Positions 8,233 through 19,125 of a stretch of DNA of 32,000 bases are shown in pieces. Position 1 is the first letter of the stretch. Each line of letters starts with the position of its first letter. The notes below the pieces were generated by a model. That model did not search any database. It saw only the letters and a program-made list of their open reading frames with translations, and had not been told where the DNA came from. A program made the position numbers and the translations under genes. Source of the DNA: Wolbachia endosymbiont of Onchocerca ochengi (GTDB lineage: Bacteria > Pseudomonadota > Alphaproteobacteria > Rickettsiales > Anaplasmataceae); NCBI RefSeq assembly GCF_000306885.1, contig NC_018267.1:630001-662000 (forward strand), given 5' to 3'.

Positions 8233-9823
8233 CTTGTAGATATACATAAGTGCAAAGCCTAAGTTAGAGTAACTGTACTAAATTTTAGTGTCAAATAAAT
8301 TATAGCCTGATCTACTTCAGTTTCACCGTCAGTTTGTGAAGTTTTTCTTAGTTCTGTTAAAGGATTCTCTATTTTTCTCAGCTGAGAGTGCCTAAATTGT
8401 TATGTATGTTTTGTTTGGTAAAGCTGAATCAAAATTTTTATTAACCTATCTTGCTCCGTATATTACTTACTAATTTCTTAAATCCTTCTACATTGCATAA
8501 CTGCTTAATTTCGTGTAGCATACTTTCGAATATTTTTTTATTTAAGATAAGTTTTGACGAATTTTTCTGATATCCAGCAATCTTTTACTGATATATAAGT
8601 TTAATTATTTTTTAGTATGCGCTATCCCTAAATGAATATTCACTTTTTTCTTATGCAAGAACTCTGAAAGCTTTTACAATTAAGGGCTGCCTAACCATAT
8701 TTTTTATGTCATTTAATTATACTAGCATTAACTTACCTATTTTCCTCAAGTTTTTCTTCCGTTATTCTTTTTTTCGATTGCATTCTTGGATTTATCTTAT
8801 CACATAAATTTCCATATTTTTTATATAAGGTACTATTGGTTGCAATACTTCTTTTTCTCTATACCTTTGTCGTAAAAACTCTTTAACTCATTACTTTGAT
8901 AGTACTGCTGTAACGTTGTCTCTTTTACCATGTAATTTAGAATACGTTTCGTTGAACGAATTATCATGGTTTAATAGGAAGTCTTTAATTGGTTCTTTTC
9001 TTTTTACCTAAAACGATTTCTCTAATATTCTAATACATTTCAACATTATTACAAAAAGTTGAGCTCAACTAACTTAAATAGATAAAGAGGCTATCCTTAA
9101 CTTCTATAAAAATTTCTAATTGTTTTTACTATTGATTGTCTATTATCAGTAAGTCTTTTTAGTTTTACTCTCTTCATTTTAATCTTTTCTTGAGTTTCTT
9201 TCACATTTTTTGAAAACTTTCTGGTTTGCTTTTTTGCTACTGAGAGTTTATGAAAGGCTTTTTTATGTTAACCTTTTTGAAAACACCAATAGCTTCTTTA
9301 ATCGTTTTTTCTCTATTTATTGCCTTGGTTCTTATTCAGCACTAGATTATTAGGTACTTAACTTCCGTGAAAACATTACCATAAACACTTCTAGTAACAT
9401 TATAAATAATATATTTTACAACTTACTTAGTTACATATAATTTATTTTCTTTGCAAGCCAATCAGCAAATAGTCGCTAAATCTCTTTATTAATAATTTAC
9501 TTTTCTTATATTTGAAATCTTCTTACTTTTAAAATCCCAAAACAGTATAGAGATTTTTTTAAATCAATTACTGACTTGTTATTACTGTTCTATTTTATTA
9601 TTTTTACTAATATAAAGATTTGCTAATCTTGATTGTACCTATGATATTACTTCAACACCAATCCTAAAGAATAAAAGTGTAAAACTTAATATTTAATTTT
9701 TACTTACTGTTACCGTGATTGATACAGTAAAGTATGGAAGCATCATGCTAGTTTTATTTTTATATTAAAACTTTAACTTTCAACTTATTATTAGTAATAT
9801 CATTGTATAAATATCTATAACTT

Positions 9824-11806
9824 ATGTCTGAGCTTGGAAACATATTGCTACTAGCAGCTTGCTTATTATCATTAATATATTTATTTTTACCGCTTAGTTC
9901 TTACCGATTTATTACTATTGCTGTATTTTTCTGTGTATCAGCGTCAATGGCTATTTTGATTTACTGCCACATTACAAACGATTTCTCACTTGAAAATGTA
10001 TATTACCACTCTCATACAACAAAGCCTTTGATCTATAAAATCTGTGGTGTTTGGGGGAATAAGGAAGGGTCAATGCTGCTTTGGACCTTAGTGCTTACCT
10101 TTTACCTGTTTCTGATGGGTACTTTCATTGATAATAGCAGTGAATTGAAGAGGGTGTCCTTAATTACTCAAAGCTTGATTTGCTTCTGTTTTTTGTTGTT
10201 TACTTTACTTGAATCTAATCCTTTTGTTAAAATGACAAGTATTGAAACGGATGGCCTTGGTTTTAATCCGATATTGCAGGATATCGGTCTTGCAATCCAT
10301 CCACCGATATTATATTTGGGATATCTTGGGTTTAGTGTTCCCTTCTCGCTTTCTATAGCTGGGTTAATTGTAGACACTAAAGGAAACCTTTGGGCTAGGA
10401 TTATCAGGCCTTGGGTACTTGTCTCTTGGTCATTGCTTACTTTTGGCATTAGCTTTGGCAGTTGGTGGGCATATCGTGAGCTTGGTTGGGGCGGGTTTTG
10501 GTTTTGGGACCCAGTAGAAAATGTTTCCTTGATGCCGTGGTTAATTGCAGTAGCACTGATACATTTGCTACTTGTAGTACAAAATTTTAATGTTTTAAGG
10601 AATTTTGCTACTTTGCTTGCACTTACAACTTTTACACTGAGTGTGGCTGGAACATTTTTAGTTCGCTCAGGAATACTTGCTTCAGTGCACACGTTTACAG
10701 ATGATCCAAGGTATGGATTATATATATTAGCTTTACTTAGTGTAATTGTAATTAGCAGCTTAGTAATATTTGTAGTGTGTGCGAGAAAAAAACATATATC
10801 TTTGTTGTCATTACAGTATTTAACACTGAAATCTAGAGAGAAAGAAAATATAAAACCTGGTGGTCAAGTTGATCAGATACCAGGGAGTAGAAGATTCTTT
10901 TCACGATTTACAATGATGTTAATAAACAATTTGTTGTTTATTACAGCATTTTTTATTGTTTTTGTTGGTACCTTATACCCTGTAATGCTCGAATATTTGA
11001 CTGGTGAACTTATTTCAGTTGGAGCACCATATTACAATTCCTTATTTAACCCTATTGTGCTAGTCGTTCTAGTGCTCATTATGGTAGGACAATATTGTCG
11101 TTGGCAAGGAAATAGTTTATCATCAATACTCCGTGAATATAAATTCACATTTTGTAGTGCTGCAGCTATTTTACCATTTATTTTTCATATGAAGTTAATG
11201 ATCGTATTATCAATTACCATTTCTATAGCATTATTAGTCTTTATTTTGGAAGCATATAGTAAAAGAATCCGTTTATTTAAGATGGCACTGGGAGAATCAA
11301 TTTTATTAGCAAAGAGAGTTTCCGGGTCTTACTATGCTATGATGCTCGCTCATGCTGGAGTAGCAATTCTAGTACTTGGTATAACCTGTTCAGTTGGTTG
11401 GCAAGAGAAAAAAGAGAACTACTTAAAAATAGGGGATAGCATAACAGTCAATAAATTTGAGGTCACTTTACGAAATATCGAATTAATAAGAGAGAAAAAT
11501 TTCCAAGCAGTAAGAGGCACAATGGATATTAGGAATCTATTGAGTAACAGGGTGCTAGGTGAAGTAACTCCTGAATACAGATTTTATCTTGTGGAAGGTC
11601 AGAGGAATGCTGAAAGTAGCATTTATCACAATTTATTTTTTGATATTTACGTTATAATCGGCAAAATCAATAAGAATAAGAACAAGATTGCTACTAAAGT
11701 ATATTACAAACCTGGAATGTCTACAATTTGGCTTGGATCTTTTCTCATTGCTTTTGGCTCGTTTTTCGCTGCTGTTTCTTCTTATAAACGAGCAAAGGTT
11801 ATCTAG
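9824..11806 (+). CDS. ccmF: Cytochrome c-type biogenesis protein CcmF (heme lyase subunit)
   Basis: 660-aa polytopic membrane ORF containing the tryptophan-rich WGGFWFWDPVENVSLMPWL (WWD) heme-handling motif. Confidence 0.9.
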   Translation: MSELGNILLLAACLLSLIYLFLPLSSYRFITIAVFFCVSASMAILIYCHITNDFSLENVYYHSHTTKPLIYKICGVWGNKEGSMLLWTLVLTFYLFLMGTFIDNSSELKRVSLITQSLICFCFLLFTLLESNPFVKMTSIETDGLGFNPILQDIGLAIHPPILYLGYLGFSVPFSLSIAGLIVDTKGNLWARIIRPWVLVSWSLLTFGISFGSWWAYRELGWGGFWFWDPVENVSLMPWLIAVALIHLLLVVQNFNVLRNFATLLALTTFTLSVAGTFLVRSGILASVHTFTDDPRYGLYILALLSVIVISSLVIFVVCARKKHISLLSLQYLTLKSREKENIKPGGQVDQIPGSRRFFSRFTMMLINNLLFITAFFIVFVGTLYPVMLEYLTGELISVGAPYYNSLFNPIVLVVLVLIMVGQYCRWQGNSLSSILREYKFTFCSAAAILPFIFHMKLMIVLSITISIALLVFILEAYSKRIRLFKMALGESILLAKRVSGSYYAMMLAHAGVAILVLGITCSVGWQEKKENYLKIGDSITVNKFEVTLRNIELIREKNFQAVRGTMDIRNLLSNRVLGEVTPEYRFYLVEGQRNAESSIYHNLFFDIYVIIGKINKNKNKIATKVYYKPGMSTIWLGSFLIAFGSFFAAVSSYKRAKVI

Positions 11807-12105
11807 CAACAGGTTGTAGCTAGTACTACTGTATCTTGGAAAAGGTTATATTAAATTTAATTGAGAAATATAGGTATTTTATAAAAGCTTGCAATAGAAA
11901 TTTTATACAGCTGATACCATAGAGATAGCTGTATTATGAATGTATAAAAAGTTATAGAAATTAATATATTATGGTAAAGCCTTATGGCAGGATATAGTTT
12001 ATTTATATAAAAAATAGTATTAGCAATATCAATGATGGTAATGATAAGAAACGTACTGATTCTATAAATTAGAAAATATAGCAAAAGATAAAACATTGGA
12101 GGCTA

Positions 12106-12490
12106 ATGCGGAAATATATTCAGAAAAATTTGATAAACAAAATTAGAGTACCGAAACAGCAAGTACTAAAATATGACAAGGGTAGAAGACGTTTATCTAT
12201 ACGCTTTCCATATTAGAGTAAAAGTGTTTTATTCAATTGATATTGAAGATCTGCTTCTTGGACTAAAAATTCTAAGAGAAAACAGCTATTTTAATTAAAA
12301 GTAAGTACAAAGGAAGCATAATCTCATAGAAAAGTACACAAAGCAATTCTTGAACTAATCAAATTTATCTAAGCTGAAGAGAAAAGTAATGCAGAAGCAG
12401 CGAGAATAAAAATAACAGAGATCTTACTTAAAGCAGGATTTTCTGCTAATATTATTTATCAAGCAACTGACTTATTAGCCGATGAATAGG
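12106..12490 (+). pseudogene. Possible relic of an Rpn/YhgA-like (PD-(D/E)XK putative transposase) gene; only the C-terminal tail is recognisable
   Basis: My plus-strand translation ends ...AEEKSNAEAARIKITEILLKAGFSANIIYQATDLLADE*. This resembles the helical tail of Rpn-family proteins (...IE.A..LL..G.s...I...TgLs.ee). The upstream part is riddled with stops. Weak. Confidence 0.25.
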
Positions 12491-12534
12491 TAATTAAAGA
12501 GAAAAAAGTGTATGTAAGATCTTATGTATAAACT

Positions 12535-12725
12535 ATAGGACAAAAGATAAGGGATAAGAAGTATGTTCAGGCAAATTTAGCAAGCAAGGCCAGAGTGTTA
12601 TAACAGCAAATATCAAGATATAAAAAAGTTACCAATCTTTTGCGAATTGCAAATTAGATGCTATAGCAAAGAAACTATTAACGATAGTTGAAGTTATAAT
12701 ATTTAATGTAAAAGAAAATCGTTAA
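12535..12725 (+). pseudogene. Decayed XRE-family helix-turn-helix transcriptional regulator
   Basis: My translation is IGQKIRDKKYVQANLASKARVL*QQISRYKKVTNLLRIA, then a frameshift near 12650, then KLDAIAKKLLTIVEVIIFNVKENR*. It follows the HTH_3 pattern (l..lR...g.sq..LA.k.gvs...Is.yE.G.n.p....L..iAkaL.v.v) but has an in-frame TAA at 12601-12603. Confidence 0.55.
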
Positions 12726-13093
12726 AAGTTGGAGATCGTAAAACAGAAAAAGAGCTATTAAGTTTAATAGAGCATGCGAGAGTGCAAAAAATTAGTAACC
12801 AAGACTCACAAAATGAATTAGATGTGTTGATATAGTTTTTTTATTCAAAAGAATGTAGATTCACAAAGAAAAGGTTAACAAAGTAAAAATTAAATTATTA
12901 GTGACTTACTCATATTAGGTATTTCTGTTGATATTATATTCTAAGTAACTATAGCTTATTAATTGATGAAATTATGTGATCTAAAAATTATGTTACTTAA
13001 CTGTAAAAAAAGTAAAGCTTAGTATAGTTTAATCACAAGATAAACTAGTAAATCTTTTGAAAAATATATAAAGTTAGAGTTTAAGTAAAGAGT

Positions 13094-13975
13094 ATGGCAG
13101 TCAGACTCGTTTCAGGTAACTTCGATATCGAATTTAGCAAATACAGAAAGTTAACTATACTAATTAGTATTATTCTGGTTATTTTTTCAATATTTACTGT
13201 CATGTTACGTGGAGTGAATTTAGGCATAGATTTTACAGGAGGAATTTTGATAGAGATAAAGTCTTTAAATGAAGATCATGTTATTCTTAATGTATTAAAA
13301 GAAAACAGTTTTATGGTGCAGAGTTCAAAAGCAGGTGATAATTTAGTTATGCGCTTTAAAAAAGAAGGAAGTGAAGATAAAATCAAGAAGATAAAAAGTA
13401 TACTAGAAGAAAAGCTAGGTAGTTCGATAAGCTATCGTAAAGTAGACTATGTTGGTCCACAAATAGGCTCATCACAGGTGTTTGAAGGAATATTATCAAT
13501 GTTAGTTGCAATTGTTGGAATATTTTTTTACGTCTGGCTTAGATTTAACTGGCAATGTGGGTTTGGTGGAATAATAGCACTTGTTCATGACATAATTTTA
13601 ACTGTTGGTTTTATTAGCCTGACTGGCATTGAGTTTAATACTTCATCAATCGCAGCTCTTCTTACTATAATTGGTTATTCAATCAATAATTCAGTAATTA
13701 TGTATGATCGAATTCGAGAATATCAAAAAAATGGTGAAGAGAGGAATATAAGTAAAATAGTAGATGCAAGTATTAACGCTACATTATTTCGTACTGTTTT
13801 AACCTCAGGTACAACTTTACTTGCTGCTCTTCCTTTGATGTTGATTTGTACAGGTATAGTCAGAGACTTCAGCTTGATCATCTTCTTTGGCATTTTAATT
13901 GGCACTTGCTCTGCAATATTTATTTCTGCTCCTATATTAACCTGCAGAGTTTTAATAAGGAGATTCACAATATAA
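13094..13975 (+). CDS. secF: Protein-export membrane protein SecF
   Basis: 293-aa ORF with the N-terminal TM segment followed by GIDFTGG, a periplasmic loop, and the C-terminal SecD/F transmembrane bundle ([15 protein letters not shown]). Confidence 0.9.
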   Translation: MAVRLVSGNFDIEFSKYRKLTILISIILVIFSIFTVMLRGVNLGIDFTGGILIEIKSLNEDHVILNVLKENSFMVQSSKAGDNLVMRFKKEGSEDKIKKIKSILEEKLGSSISYRKVDYVGPQIGSSQVFEGILSMLVAIVGIFFYVWLRFNWQCGFGGIIALVHDIILTVGFISLTGIEFNTSSIAALLTIIGYSINNSVIMYDRIREYQKNGEERNISKIVDASINATLFRTVLTSGTTLLAALPLMLICTGIVRDFSLIIFFGILIGTCSAIFISAPILTCRVLIRRFTI

Positions 13976-14431
13976 TATGCATAATATTAGCTTATTCTCT
14001 CTTACAGAGAAACAAAAATACCTCAAAATCCTATTTTCATTTAAGATACTTAAACCATTCTAGCTCTTACTTGACCTTTTACAGCTTCATGCATTTTTAA
14101 ATTTTGAATATTTTGTAAGTTAAGGTAAGCATAAGTGTATTTTTTTAGATAGAACAATTTATTTTGAATCTTTTCTTTATATGGTGAAAAAGTACTGAGA
14201 AATCTATTTTTTAATCTACTCCTTTATAAATATAAGCATTCTAGTGATAACTATTATTAGTAGTTAAATAAATGGGTTTTTTACTGTGTTTATATTGTTA
14301 AAATGTGAAGCTATTATAATAGATAGTAATAAAAGATTAGTGTTAAAAGTTATTATTAAAAATAGGCAAACTTTATTGTTTCAGTACAATATTTAATATA
14401 CACTTTAAGGAAGTATATTTAGCTCAAATTT

Positions 14432-16150
14432 ATGTCAGAAGCAAGAAATCTAATTTTGGCAGCTATCCTTTCTGTATCAATTATAGTATCGTGGTGTGTT
14501 ATTTACGATAATTTTCTTAATGTAGATCAAAATAACCAATCAATTGAAAATATTGAACATATAGAATCTTTTAATGATCTTGCTTCTATGATACACCAAA
14601 ATCGTTCCGAAATTATTAATTCTACTCAAGGACAAAGGATTAACCTAACCAATAATATGGTTAAAGGGTCGGTTTCCTTAAAAGGTGTCAGGTTTGATGA
14701 CTTAATCTTAACCAATTACTACTTAGAACTAAATTCTCCTTCTTCACAGGTGGTATTGCTGTCACCTGCAGAATCAAAAGATGTATATTTTGCAGAATTT
14801 GGTTGGCTCGATCCAAGTGGCAAAATTAAAATTCCAGATTCTAAAACAATTTGGCAAACTGATAAAGCTGAACTAACTAATCGGAAAATAGTTAATTTGT
14901 TTTGGGATAATAAAAATGGCATCGTATTCAGAACAAAAGTTAGCCTTGATGACAGCTACATGTTTAAGATTGAGCAAATTGTTGAAAATAATACAAAGGA
15001 CAATGTAATCTTAGTTCCTTATGGTAAAATTAATCGTAAACGTGATAATATTAACGAATCTTATTGGATATCGCATGAAGGAGTACTAGGTACGTTTGAT
15101 AATAAGCTAGAGGAATGGACATATAAGGATATTGCCAAGAAACGTTTAATAAAAACAAGTACAAGTGAAAAAAGTTGGTTTGGTTTTGCTGATAAATATT
15201 GGCTTACAGCCATTATACCTGAGAAACCTGACAAAATAAACGTTAGTATCAAACATATAAATGTTAATAACATTGATAAATTTCAAGTAGATTTTGTCAA
15301 GCCTTACAAGAGCATATTTCCTGGTACAAGTGTTTCTAATGTAAATTATTTTTTTGCTGGAGCAAAAAAATTGAATCTATTAGATTATTATAAAAGTGCT
15401 CTCAATATACCTTTGTTTGACAAAGCTGTAGATTTTGGTGTCCTTTACTTCGTAACCAAGCCAGTATTTTTACTGCTTGAATATTTTAACTTAATCTTAA
15501 AAAATTTTGGCTTAGCAATATTGGTGCTAACCTTAGTAATAAAACTTTTGATGCTTCCTTTGTCTAACAGGTCATATGTTTCAATGTTTAAAATAAGAAG
15601 TCTGCAGCCTGAAGTGAATCGCATAAAAGAATTATATAAAAACGATAGTTTAAAGCAGCATAAAGAGGTAGTTGCACTGTTCAAAAAAAACAACGTTAAC
15701 CCAATGTCAAGCATTCTTCCTATAATAGTACAAATACCAGTATTTTTTGCTCTGTACAAAGTATTATTTGTTACCATAGAGATGAGGCATGCTCCTTTTT
15801 ATTTATGGATCAAGGACCTTTCAGCTCCTGATCCGACAAACATCTTCACACTATTCGGATTGTTTAATTACAATTTTCCTGTTTCTATAGGAATTTTACC
15901 AGTAATTTTAGGCATTACTATGGTAGTTCAGCAAAAAATCAGTGAAAAAGATCAGAATAATAAAGATGACATTCAAGTAAATATCGTGAGGTTTTTACCT
16001 TATATCTCCATCTTTATTTTTTCTTCTTTTCCTACAGGCTTAGTAATATATTGGATATTTAGCAACATTATAACTTTAATTCAACAATCTTTAATGAAAT
16101 TCTTCTTAACGAGAAAAGTGGGTGTAAATATTGAAAATACTAATAGTTAA
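14432..16150 (+). CDS. yidC: Membrane protein insertase YidC
   Basis: 572-aa ORF with an N-terminal TM, a large periplasmic domain, and the conserved C-terminal 60-kDa-IMP core ([54 protein letters not shown]). Confidence 0.95.
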   Translation: MSEARNLILAAILSVSIIVSWCVIYDNFLNVDQNNQSIENIEHIESFNDLASMIHQNRSEIINSTQGQRINLTNNMVKGSVSLKGVRFDDLILTNYYLELNSPSSQVVLLSPAESKDVYFAEFGWLDPSGKIKIPDSKTIWQTDKAELTNRKIVNLFWDNKNGIVFRTKVSLDDSYMFKIEQIVENNTKDNVILVPYGKINRKRDNINESYWISHEGVLGTFDNKLEEWTYKDIAKKRLIKTSTSEKSWFGFADKYWLTAIIPEKPDKINVSIKHINVNNIDKFQVDFVKPYKSIFPGTSVSNVNYFFAGAKKLNLLDYYKSALNIPLFDKAVDFGVLYFVTKPVFLLLEYFNLILKNFGLAILVLTLVIKLLMLPLSNRSYVSMFKIRSLQPEVNRIKELYKNDSLKQHKEVVALFKKNNVNPMSSILPIIVQIPVFFALYKVLFVTIEMRHAPFYLWIKDLSAPDPTNIFTLFGLFNYNFPVSIGILPVILGITMVVQQKISEKDQNNKDDIQVNIVRFLPYISIFIFSSFPTGLVIYWIFSNIITLIQQSLMKFFLTRKVGVNIENTNS

Positions 16151-16558
16151 TTCAGTTTATTATGATAAAATAGCAGATTTTTTGCTTAAAGGTACGACTG
16201 ATAAGTTGAAAGATGGTAATACTAGTTATGACCTAGTTAAGGTTCTTGGTGTATTTGAAATGCTGGCTGCAATTCTTTTTGCGGTCAAAAATAGGCATAT
16301 TAATATGAAGGTTATTTAGTTTTTGGATACGTAATTTGTGGTGAAACTGATTATTATCAATACCTTTGTAAAGGAGAAATCGGAGGATGAAATGGAGTTA
16401 TTATTATGTATTATGCAGTACCTTTTGGCATGGGCATAATTACTGTTGATAGCAAAGATAAAGCTTTAGTAAGAACTGGTAAAAACAAAAAGAATATAGG
16501 TGATTATGCAACCTTGACTGTTTTGTATATGATAGATTTATACAAAAAGTTAAGCTAA
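16131..16558 (+). pseudogene. ribH: 6,7-dimethyl-8-ribityllumazine synthase (ribH) pseudogene
   Basis: Frame A (TTG at 16131) gives [27 protein letters not shown]...VLGVFEMLAAILFAVKNRHIN and stops at TAG 16317-16319. RibH similarity continues in another frame from about 16304 (YEGYLVFGYVICGETDYYQYLCKGEIGG). That frame hits an in-frame TGA at 16388-16390, then continues [55 protein letters not shown] to TAA 16556-16558. Confidence 0.8.
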
Positions 16559-17040
16559 TGGAGGAAAGGCTTGTAGAAAGAAAGTGGTGTATGAAGAGAA
16601 GTACAGCGAGATTTTTTACTATACAAATTGCTTACTCAAATATTTTTATAGACTACGACAAAAGTACCTTTAAGCTAGAAAACTGTGAGCTTAGGAGCTA
16701 TGTAAATAAGTTAGTAGATATATTTGAATGTCAAGAGTTTGATTATCAATTTTTAGAAGAGCTATCATATAAAGTTATAAGAAACAGTGAAGAGTATGAT
16801 AAAATAATAGAACTTTATTTACACCCAAGCTGGTCTATTGCGCGGTTGAATCTCATAAGCTTATCTATTTTGCGTGTTGCAATATGTGAGTTAACTAATT
16901 GTGATACGCCGGCTCCAGTTGTTATTAATGAATATACTAATATCGCATCTGATTTGCTTAATAAATCAAGCGAAATTGGTTTCATTAATGGATTATTAGA
17001 TAAAGCGAAAGATGCAGTTAAGCTAAATAAGTGTTCTTAA
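16558..17040 (+). CDS. nusB: Transcription antitermination factor NusB
   Basis: 160-aa [17 protein letters not shown] and [20 protein letters not shown]...[14 protein letters not shown] follow the NusB family pattern. The ATG overlaps the ribH stop (TAATG), and ribH-nusB synteny is conserved. The true start could be the internal MKRSTAR. Confidence 0.85.
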   Translation: MEERLVERKWCMKRSTARFFTIQIAYSNIFIDYDKSTFKLENCELRSYVNKLVDIFECQEFDYQFLEELSYKVIRNSEEYDKIIELYLHPSWSIARLNLISLSILRVAICELTNCDTPAPVVINEYTNIASDLLNKSSEIGFINGLLDKAKDAVKLNKCS

Positions 17041-17154
17041 TAATTCTCTTAACGGTATTAGCATGGAAGAATAAAAGAAGTTAGTGAAAAAGGTCTTTTA
17101 TCTTCTTTAAGATCTATGGTAGACTGACAAAGATTATTAACTATAGTATAATAA

Positions 17155-17418
17155 ATGATAAAAGACGAAAAGTCGAAAACAATTTTTGAGGTAGAAGGAA
17201 TAGTGACTGTCTTATTACCTGCGGCAGAATTTAGAGTAAAGTTAGATAATGAACATGAAATCATCTGTCATGTGTCAGGAAGAGTAAGAAGAAGCAAAAT
17301 ACGCATTGTTATCGGAGATAGGGTGCTAGTTGAAATGAGTATTTACGATAGGAATGCAAAGAAAGGTCGGATAATTAGAAGGCTTAAAGGTATAAGTGAA
17401 AGAACTATCTCTAAATAG
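17155..17418 (+). CDS. infA: Translation initiation factor IF-1
   Basis: [55 protein letters not shown]...KGRIIRR is the IF-1 S1-like domain. The product is 87 aa, with a short C-terminal extension overlapping maf. Confidence 0.9.
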   Translation: MIKDEKSKTIFEVEGIVTVLLPAAEFRVKLDNEHEIICHVSGRVRRSKIRIVIGDRVLVEMSIYDRNAKKGRIIRRLKGISERTISK

Positions 17419-17992
17419 TCTTATTCTTGCCTCATCATCAGAAGGGCGAATAGCTTTACTAAAACAAATAAATATTAAACCAGGCTTAATTTTGTCAGCA
17501 GATATAGACAAAACTCCTTCGAAGAAAGAACTTCCAAGAGATTATTCAATCCGCATGGCAAAAAGTAAAGCTGAAAAGATACAAAGTTTAAATCCAAGTT
17601 ATTTTGTGCTTGGTGTTGATACGGTTGTTGCCTGTGGCAGGAGAATATTGCTCAAAGCCGAAAACGTTGAACAAGCAGAAAAATACATTCGTTTATTGTC
17701 GGGAAGAAGACACAGAGTATATACCAGTGTGTGTTTATTAACCCCTAATCGATTTAAACAGCATATTAGAACTGTAGTTACAATAGTGAAATTTAAACGT
17801 CTCAGTGTACAAGAAATTAAATTTTATTTAGCATCAGAAGAGTGGAAAAATAAAGTAGGAGGGTGCAATATACAAGGCCTTGCTGAAATGTTCGTATTGT
17901 TTTTACGTGGCTCATACTCTTCTGTTATAGGGCTACCATTACATGAAACTTATTGTTTACTAAGTAATTATTTTAACCTCAACTTATATTGA
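17396..17992 (+). CDS. maf: Maf-like nucleoside triphosphate pyrophosphatase
   Basis: 198-aa ORF (GTG start). [24 protein letters not shown] and IQGLAEMFV...[11 protein letters not shown] match the Maf/YhdE family pattern. Confidence 0.85.
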   Translation: MKELSLNSLILASSSEGRIALLKQINIKPGLILSADIDKTPSKKELPRDYSIRMAKSKAEKIQSLNPSYFVLGVDTVVACGRRILLKAENVEQAEKYIRLLSGRRHRVYTSVCLLTPNRFKQHIRTVVTIVKFKRLSVQEIKFYLASEEWKNKVGGCNIQGLAEMFVLFLRGSYSSVIGLPLHETYCLLSNYFNLNLY

Positions 17993-19125
17993 TACACTTT
18001 TATCTTTTTCTTGTTGCTGCTTGAGACGTTTAATCCAAGGCAATCTGGTTTACAATTCTATGCATAATCACTACTATCAGCATTTTCTACTATACGTTTT
18101 ACCACTGTGATTTTTATATCTTTTCCACGTTCTCCTGATAATTTGCCTTTCTTTTGAAGACTTAACCTTTCTTTCTTCCTCAAGCTTGTTAGTTAAATGT
18201 TCATGGTCTACTTGAGATTATACATGATTGATTATTGTGGATTGGAAATGAATAGCTTGGATTTACTTTGTCAGCATTTCTTCTTTTTTCCTTCTATTTT
18301 TTAAATGCTTTACTTATTTTTTGAAGATTCTTCTCTTTTTTCTCAAATTCTTTATTTCTTTTATAAGAACTTTTCTATAATTGAGCTTTATTATTTTGCC
18401 TAATATCTACATTTTCCTCGGTAGTAACGAAGATATCGATTCTACTACTATCGCTATAGAAGGCACACTATGTGCGTGCGCTTTTCTACACCTAAATCAT
18501 TTCTACTGTTTGGTGTTGAAGCAGAAATATCAATAGTTGATCTGCCGTTTTTTATATTTGTTAAACTGTCATTTTGTCGCTTTTTTTGATTGATACTTTC
18601 CTATTACTAACATCAACATGCCGTAAATCATTTTTTATTAAAATTTTTAATATTTTGCCATAAACCTTTCCTTTCTCCTAATTTCCGGAGCTCAGGTGTT
18701 AAATTTTTTTGCTTATTTCTTTATTCACCTCTGAGTGAACTAGTTCTTAGGTAGCTATGGTAGAGGAGTTTCTTTTTTCTGAGAGTTTTTTCCGTCACTT
18801 AAATCATTTTCACTAATAGACTGTAATCTAGTGGTCTGAAAACCTAAACCTTCAGTCTCGAGCAGCTTGAACAATACTAACACAGTTATTATTTATATTA
18901 TTTCTATAAAAGCTTTAGATGATTGTCTACTGTCTTGTTTTATTTCATTTTGCTTTTCTTCATCTTTCTTGAATTGATTTTATGTAAGAATAAACCACCT
19001 ATTTTTAGATCTCTGTTTACCTTTGACTGCTACCTTTTAGTTCTTAGCTAGTATAATTATTACGGTAATTAGTTAAGTTTTTATAAAAGGATTGTGCTGC
19101 TTAGGTGGTGACTGCTGCATTTTAG

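Noticed and set aside
10168-10692. 174-aa minus-strand ORF
   Set aside because: It is antisense to ccmF across its best-conserved WWD region. Long only because the ccmF codon composition lacks reverse-strand stops.
11857-12096. 79-aa minus-strand ORF
   Set aside because: It has an I/L/F/Y/N low-complexity composition expected from random AT-rich sequence, with no start context or motifs.
13723-14100. ORFs 13723..13968 (-) and 13846..14100 (+)
   Set aside because: The first is antisense to secF. The second is an alternative frame of the secF 3' end running into the spacer. Neither has motifs.
14719-15777. Three minus-strand ORFs inside yidC
   Set aside because: Antisense to a full-length, well-supported yidC.
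17124-17152. CTGACA-17 nt-TATAAT promoter-like element just before infA
   Set aside because: The -10 box ends only 2 nt before the infA ATG. A normal start site would therefore fall inside the conserved coding sequence. It may be coincidental, or imply a leaderless or mis-assigned start, so I do not call it.
17058-17511. Minus-strand ORFs 17058..17264 and 17326..17511
   Set aside because: Antisense to infA and the infA/maf junction.
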